Virus record (IMG/VR): IMGVR_UViG_3300031994_000067 | Coordinates: 1 to 64,000 of that record | DNA length: 64,000 nt | Origin: a virus | Lineage: Duplodnaviria > Caudoviricetes | Strand: one strand, 5' to 3' | Shown: positions 58,545 through 64,000 of the stretch, one piece after another | How the letters are laid out: every line of letters begins with the position of its first letter | How positions within the stretch are numbered: position 1 is the stretch's first letter | Made by a program: the position numbers and the translations under genes | Notes under the pieces: model-generated | What the model saw: the letters and a program-made list of their open reading frames with translations, nothing else | Database searches by the model: none | What the model was told of the DNA's origin: nothing

Positions 58545-59497
58545 GGGGTGCGTTAGAAACTCAAAGAAGGTTTTCAATTAAGTTTCTAACTGCTACCCAA
58601 ATGACCAAACCCTTGGCTGTCCGACTCCCTTGATTCGCGGAGGCTAACAATTCGAAAATTGCGCCGAACTATCTCAGATATACAAGTCCAATGCACTACA
58701 TTGAACGAGTCAATACGGACGATTGCTGCCCGGATATGCTGGAATGCGTCTATATACCACTAGGCTCTCAGCGTTCCCCCAGCGATCAAATCTGGGTTAG
58801 GAGCCACAAACGTGCTTTGATGGAATAGACTTCACGGATACTTTTTTGCGTAAGCGAATTCATCATATGAACCCTCTGACCATAGCGCGGTCCTGTCGTG
58901 TTCAAAGAACGCCAATTATGTTTGTATATCGTCTGGCGGGATTCCACGGAAGCTATCTGTCTGTCATTACAACAGGTTTAAGTCAGACCTCTTGGATAGG
59001 GCGGTACTCGGAATTATCACAACCCAATCGGCCACGCTACTCTACTGACACCGTTTCCATACTGAAGTTCGTTAGAATCAATAATAAGAAAAATTCTTTA
59101 AACCAGTCGTGGGTGAAATTTTCACGCCTCCTCAACAAGTTGCGGCGAAATACCGACTTCAATCGCAAACCTTTAAACCTCCTCCATCTATAATAGAATT
59201 TCTCAGAGGAAAAAGTTCCTGTCTAAACCACTACATGACATTTTAAAACGTCCTGCGCGGTATATATGTCCATAGGTAATCTAGGAAAACGCCACCCTCA
59301 CCCGTCACGTATTTTCCGACCGTATCCCTCTACCGGCTTCTTCTGAGCACTCAAGTTCTTTGCCGTTATTCCGCTGGTTAATCAATGACTAGGCAGGGAC
59401 TGTTATTAACCTTACACATAGTGTAAGTAAGTGAATGCCCAATCTGGAATAAACCAGATTTCTGATATATAGGTATAATTCCTCCGCAATCTCAATC
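58545..59497 (-). ncRNA. Candidate large (~950 nt) highly structured non-coding RNA
   Basis: No credible ORF. Long-range helices 59481-59495 with 58630-58643 and 59461-59469 with about 58670-58678; many local hairpins; G.U pairs read correctly on the minus strand. Confidence 0.6.
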
Positions 59498-59643
59498 ATG
59501 TAACCTGACGCGAAGCGGGGTGTTTTAGCGTTAGCCATCAACCACATATAGTCGTGTTAATAGGTTGTGTTTCAAAATCGAAGAAAAAAAACGCGCCGTA
59601 TATTTTGATAACGACGCTGATGAGGCAATGCCTCCTCTCTTAA

Positions 59644-59883
59644 TCAATATGCGCGACGATGTGTGTGACGACGTGTGCGATTTGCGTAGCGATGTGCGCA
59701 GTATGCAACCACGCACTCCACCAGCACTCTCTGAGAGAGCGCGTTCGCCACATCTTCAAATACGACTTCTCCGCTTTTGTCGAGACCGACAACGACCGGT
59801 CGGCCATCGACACCGTATGATATGTCAGCGACAATTTCGTTGTCGCCGACAACGACGAGATATTCGTCTTCAAACTTCATCAT
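59644..59883 (-). CDS. Small early hypothetical protein
   Basis: ATG at 59883 follows the repeated promoter/leader cassette. Confidence 0.65.
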   Translation of the reverse strand: MMKFEDEYLVVVGDNEIVADISYGVDGRPVVVGLDKSGEVVFEDVANALSQRVLVECVVAYCAHRYANRTRRHTHRRAY

Positions 59884-59885
59884 TC

Positions 59886-59975
59886 TTATCTCCGTCCTTT
59901 CAAAACGGATCGTAGGTTTCTTCATATCAGTAGTGAGTAATCCTACTTAACTCTTCTACGCGGATATAATATATA
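59886..59975 (-). repeat. 90-bp direct repeat, copy 1 (early promoter plus structured leader plus RBS)
   Basis: Identical to 60436-60525. Confidence 0.95.
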
Positions 59976-60117
59976 AATATGGGAGAGGGTAATATCGGAT
60001 TAAAAATCTCGTCCATACAATAAATTAGAGAAAAAAAGAACCCGCCCGTCAGACAACATGACGGTACCGGGCGCGAGATTGTTGCCGGTAGTTGCCCTAG
60101 GGCGGGGTGTGGGCATT

Positions 60118-60432
60118 TTAGTTGAATTTAACCCACCAGTCTGTCATTTCCACATCACCGGTCTTGGTATCGACACGGTACGTGAAAATGACCTTGTTGT
60201 ACTCGACGAACGGAGAACCATTGGGATAGCAGTCTGTTCCCTTACAGGTCACTCCGCTTGCGACCAACGTGGCAGTTCCGACGCCGGGCTTGCCGTAATT
60301 GAGGCTGACGCTAATCACGGCATATGACATATCATCACAGCTGCTGCCGTAATGTATGTTTCCGTTCGTCGCGTCGAGTTCGATTTGCGCAGCAATAGTT
60401 TTCTTTGCGCGCTTAACGTTGAAGTGTGTCAT
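60118..60432 (-). CDS. Small early hypothetical protein
   Basis: ATG at 60432 follows the repeated cassette. Confidence 0.7.
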   Translation of the reverse strand: MTHFNVKRAKKTIAAQIELDATNGNIHYGSSCDDMSYAVISVSLNYGKPGVGTATLVASGVTCKGTDCYPNGSPFVEYNKVIFTYRVDTKTGDVEMTDWWVKFN

Positions 60433-60435
60433 TAG

Positions 60436-60525
60436 TTATCTCCGTCCTTTCAAAACGGATCGTAGGTTTCTTCATATCAGTAGTGAGTAATCCTACTTAA
60501 CTCTTCTACGCGGATATAATATATA
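60436..60525 (-). repeat. 90-bp direct repeat, copy 2
   Basis: Identical to 59886-59975. Confidence 0.95.
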
Positions 60526-60542
60526 CTTGAAAAGCAAAGCTA

Positions 60543-60575
60543 TAGCGGACTGAATCAATTTGATTCAGTCCGCTA
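60543..60575. terminator. Terminator hairpin after the RNAP beta gene
   Basis: TAGCGGACTGAATCAA/TTGATTCAGTCCGCTA palindromic stem. Confidence 0.65.
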
Positions 60576-60584
60576 AATGCCGTT

Positions 60585-63500
60585 TTAATAGAGATCGTCT
60601 TTAGGTTTGAAGCTTGGATTATCTTTTTGATACATCTCAAGCCACCTACGTTTTAATTCGACGATAACTTTATTTCCGTACATTGTGCAAAAGATTGATG
60701 GGGTCATACGTGCTAACACACCCGCTGGTGCGAAAGTTGACGAAATTTCTTCATCAGGTCTATCTATTGAATATGGTTCTTGTCCTTTTGCGATGAGCTC
60801 CAGTAATCTTCGCATAGGTTCGCTAATCCTATGCCGTTCTATTATGAACTGCTACATGTCTCCATGTAAGCTGAGACTATATCATCATCTCATAGAGATG
60901 TCTCCCATTTCACTCCGCTTGGAGCTACGCCTTTCGGCTAGTCGTTGAACGTTCTAAAAAATCTCGATTCCTTCATCAATATAGACAGTATTTTGTACAA
61001 TAGAAAGATTGGTGTCAACTATTTTCTTCCTGGTTCTATACAATTTTTTCGCAACTTTTTTAGGAACACCTTTTTCAATAAGAGTTTTAACAATCTTCTT
61101 CTTAGACGTTCCACAAATAATTGCTCTGTCTATAGAGTTGAAATAAGTTCTATAAACCACAAACGAATTCGCAAATTTCAAATTCAAACCTTCAGTAAGA
61201 TATTTATAAACACTTTTTGACTTAATTTTTGATATGGTATCATTAGATACACCGGTTAAATCAGAAATTTCGCTCCGCGTATAATCACCAGTTTCTAACA
61301 ATTCGATCACTTTCTTTATATTGGCGATCTTATATTTGTTATTATGGTGATCTTCACCTTTAGGGAGAGATATGAGATTATTATCATATGCGTGCTGAAT
61401 ATTCTCAGATTTTGTACACCATTCAAGATTTTCTAATCGGTTATCTGTTTTAATACCATTTTTATGATTAACATCAGGAAAATTTTCGGGATTTGGTACA
61501 AACGCTTCCATAATCAATCTGTGAACAAATTTATGCACAGTTTTACGTTTGATATACATACTGTATCTCAAATACCCATGTTTACTTAAAAACGGTTTAA
61601 GAAAATGACCAGTTTTTAAGTTTTGTAATCTCCCATCTCTGTATATCATATAATTCGTGAGTTTGGAATTGACGTATACAACTTTTCGATCGTCACTATC
61701 CACAAATATCACTTCTCTCATCAAAAAATTAAGAATGTGTTTAGTGGTTAATAGAAATGAGTCTTTAGTTTCGCTGCGGATTGTCTCTATTCTCACTCTT
61801 TTTACCATACCTGAGTAGTTAATTCAGCCGCGTAATACATTACTGCTTACGTTTGGTAAATGAGACCTAACGAGATGTTCCCGCAATTAAGGAGATTCTA
61901 ATATGTAGTCACCTACATATAGGGTCAGTATAGGCCGTTTACATACTTCCAAATATCTTCGCATAGGTTCGCTAATCCTATGCCGTTCTCTTATGAACTG
62001 CTCTACGTCTCCGCAGAAGTTGAGACTATATCATCATCCATATAGGATGTCCCCCATTTCGCTCCGCTTGGAGCTACTCGCTTTCGCGATAGTCGTTGAA
62101 CGTTCCTTCTATAAGAAGGCTTCGCTGCTGATTATCTTTATCTTACCGATTTTTACACTTGGTACGATAAGCATATCAAGACTTCCCAGCAATTAAAGGA
62201 ATTTTATCAATGTTGATTTCTCAACAAAGCCACTATTTGTGTTAATGGCTGTAAAATGGACCAATTTATCCAATAACTTCACATAGGTTCGCTAATCCTA
62301 TGCCGCTACTTAGCTGCTGCATGTCACCATGCAGATGAGACTATATCTTCACCTCAGAGAGGTGTCTCCCATTTCGCTCCGCTTGGAGCTACTCGCTTTC
62401 GCGATAGTCGTTGAACCTTCCTATTACAGGCTTGGCTGCTGATTGTCTCATAATGAGAGTTTCCAGCAATTAGAGAGATTCATATCCGTGATCACTCACG
62501 GATCGGGCAATAAATTTACCTACATCAAGATAGTCCTTGTATTTGATGAAAAATTTAATCAGAACGCCAAGATGAACTTTAACACCCATGATCTTTCCAT
62601 CTTCTCCACCGTCAACAACCACAGCCTTTTCACTGAATTCCAGACCGTTGACATCTCCACCACGTCTCTTAATCTCAGCTTCCTGTGCTCTAAGTCTGGC
62701 AAAATAAGCATCGACGATCTTCTTCAAAGACGGAGAAAGTTCTTTAGGTTCGACGGTTGTGTATATTCGTATATCTTCAATCACTCCAGCATACTTGGAT
62801 TTAACCGGAATTTTACCCATAAGCGTGATTTCTTCTTTCAACTCTTTACCAATGTTAGCCAACATCTTGTTGAATGAAGCGTCCTGAGATGAATTATCGT
62901 ATATAATCAGTGGGTCATTTACATTTACCTGCTGACCTATTTTGACGATGTAATCAACATTCGAGTTCATTCCAACTATAGCTTCTGCTTCCATACATAC
63001 TTCAGTTCCTAACTTCTTCGAAAGTTTATCCGTAACGAAATTACCATCTTCGAAGCTGGTATATGTAGCCATGCAAGCCACTTTAGTAAGAGTTCCTATG
63101 TTGAATCGTACACCTTCAGCCGGAGAACTCGAAAAGTATCTTTCGTTATATGCAAGAACAGAATTTTTCTTAAAATAAGTTCCCGGTTTAAGTGCGTCTG
63201 TATTCATCTTACTGGGCAGGTAAAACCCACCTGCTCCATTTTTGACGACTTTTGAATTAGCGTTAATAACTTGACGTTTCAATTTTCCTTGGAGATTCTT
63301 ATATTCGATTACAATAACCCCGGTCTTATCGTCTCGTGAAATTACCTTACCATCATCTTTCGCTACTATACAGAAATCAGTAGAAAGATGATAAGGTAAA
63401 ACTTTTTCAGCACCATTTGATATTAGTACCGGAGACGCATGTTCTACGGGGATGATGTGCTTGCTTTGTTTGACAGCCATTGAGACACGAATCTGATCAT

Positions 63501-63752
63501 CCCGATTCAATCCTGGGGTAAGCATTTCAGCCATACTAAAAATATTAGAATCATCCAAATCTCGTTCATCCGAAGGTTTTACATACCCACGACCATTGAC
63601 CACGTTCGGGTTTATAGTCAAACTTTTGGTGATGCCGACATTAGCATCTGGAGATTGCGGAATTGCTATAACTCCAACCATGCTCTTGTCGTAACATCTA
63701 CGTTTCAATGTGTAGGCCTCTTTCAAATTTGTCCCGCTGGGTGTTGTGTTCA
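60585..63752 (-). CDS. RNA polymerase beta-like subunit (C-terminal part, 5' end outside the window), spliced from exons ~63752..62518, 62270..62245, 61949..61934 and 60800..60585
   Basis: SPDANVGI, QSKH and FEDG motifs; splicing gives YLDVG|DKLVHFTAM|KYVNG|ELIAKGQEP...GVLARMTPS, which aligns without gaps to bacterial [25 protein letters not shown]...GVPSRMN. Confidence 0.85.
60801..61933 (-). mobile_element. Group I intron (IA2) with an HNH endonuclease, ~1133 nt
   Basis: P2 ATATGTAG-GTGA-CTACATAT; P AATTGCGGG; Q AATCCGCAG; R GTTCAACGACTA; S GATATAGTCT; ends CGAAGATTACTG; 5' boundary uncertain by 1 nt or more. Confidence 0.88.
60954..61721 (-). CDS. Intron-encoded HNH homing endonuclease (intact)
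   Basis: HRLIMEAF...VNHKNGIKTDN...NLEWCT..ENIQH plus a C-terminal HTH. The ORF-track start at 61808 lies inside the ribozyme core, so the ATG at 61721 is preferred. Confidence 0.85.
   Translation of the reverse strand: MREVIFVDSDDRKVVYVNSKLTNYMIYRDGRLQNLKTGHFLKPFLSKHGYLRYSMYIKRKTVHKFVHRLIMEAFVPNPENFPDVNHKNGIKTDNRLENLEWCTKSENIQHAYDNNLISLPKGEDHHNNKYKIANIKKVIELLETGDYTRSEISDLTGVSNDTISKIKSKSVYKYLTEGLNLKFANSFVVYRTYFNSIDRAIICGTSKKKIVKTLIEKGVPKKVAKKLYRTRKKIVDTNLSIVQNTVYIDEGIEIF
61950..62244 (-). mobile_element. Group I intron (IA2), ORF-less, 295 nt
   Basis: P1 AGCCAU/GUGGCU with U.G; P2 TGTTGA-GAAA-TCAACA; P, Q, R and S present; ends CGAAGATATTTG. Confidence 0.88.
62271..62517 (-). mobile_element. 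Group I intron (IA2), ORF-less, 247 nt
   Basis: P1 GGU/GCC; 6-bp P10 (GATAAA with TTTATT); P, Q, R and S present; P9 CTGCATG-GTGA-CATGCAG as recalled for the T4 td intron; restores the GDK motif. Confidence 0.92.
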
Positions 63753-64000
63753 CATAGGTTCGCTAATCCTATATCGCTCTTTTAAGAGCTGCTGTGAGTC
63801 CCCCCACAGACCAGACTATATCTTCACCTCTATGAGGTGTTCCCTGTTTCGCTCCGCTTGGAGCTACTCACTTTCGTGATAGTCGTTGAACCTTCCTTCT
63901 AATATAGAAGGCTTGGCTGCTGATTGTCTCTATTCTACCGATTGTTACACTTTGGTACGGTAGACCTAACGAGAGTTTCCAGCAATTAAGGGAATTTTTG
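63753..64000 (-). mobile_element. Group I intron (IA2), 3' part; 5' end beyond the window
   Basis: P AATTGCTGGAAA, Q AATCAGCAGCC, R, P7.1/P7.2, S and P9-P9.2 all present; exact 3' splice site uncertain (63733-63753). Confidence 0.88.

Noticed and set aside
58548-58552. GTGCG as a possible group II intron 5' end for the 58.5-59.5 kb region
   Set aside because: No domain V (AGC triad hairpin) on either strand, no RT ORF and no interrupted gene.
59206-59340. GAGGAAAAAGTTCC ... CCGGCTT resembling RNase P P4 strands on the plus strand
   Set aside because: The pairing is poor, the spacing (~120 nt) is too short, and G.U pairs favour the minus strand.
59886-60525. 90-bp repeats as a CRISPR array or genome terminal repeats
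   Set aside because: Only two copies 550 bp apart, containing a promoter and RBS; no spacers, cas genes or terminal context.
62470-62517. C-terminal KFIARSVSDHGYESL of the 427-aa ORF
   Set aside because: This is read-through into intron P1/P2, not protein; splicing restores GDK.
1-64000. Stop-codon reassignment, tRNA genes or inteins
   Set aside because: Genes read intact in code 11 and TAG/TGA are used as real stops; no cloverleaf/T-loop-CCA pattern was found; no intein-sized insertions were seen in DnaB, PolB, gyrase or RNAP.

Overview
A 64-kb segment of a phiKZ/AR9-like jumbo phage genome. Evidence: split multisubunit RNA polymerase genes, a split family-B DNA polymerase, gyrase A/B, a DnaB-like helicase, SbcD and large virion proteins. 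The host is probably an anaerobic Firmicute (strong AAAGGAGG-type RBSs, NrdG, ThyX); this is inference. The standard genetic code reads through all genes. No tRNA, rRNA or CRISPR array was seen. Main observations: (1) Five closely related group IA2 introns interrupt RNAP genes. Four lie in the beta C-terminal gene, where three cluster in the active-site loop and leave micro-exons of 26 and about 16 nt; one 5' splice site appears non-canonical. (2) A ~950-nt non-coding region (58545-59497, minus strand) has long-range closing helices and is a candidate giant ornate ncRNA. (3) A structured 5'-leader motif (AAACCTACGATCC plus hairpins) follows four early promoters. (4) There are two phage promoter classes, TATATATTAT and ACA-N6-TA. 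(5) Unusual cargo includes an early-expressed PPK1, a stand-alone NrdD glycyl-radical C-terminal domain, a pseudo-amidase/sensor-like/holin-like late operon, a protein kinase-like gene and a MYG1 nuclease. All functional calls come from visual motif recognition; no database search was run.
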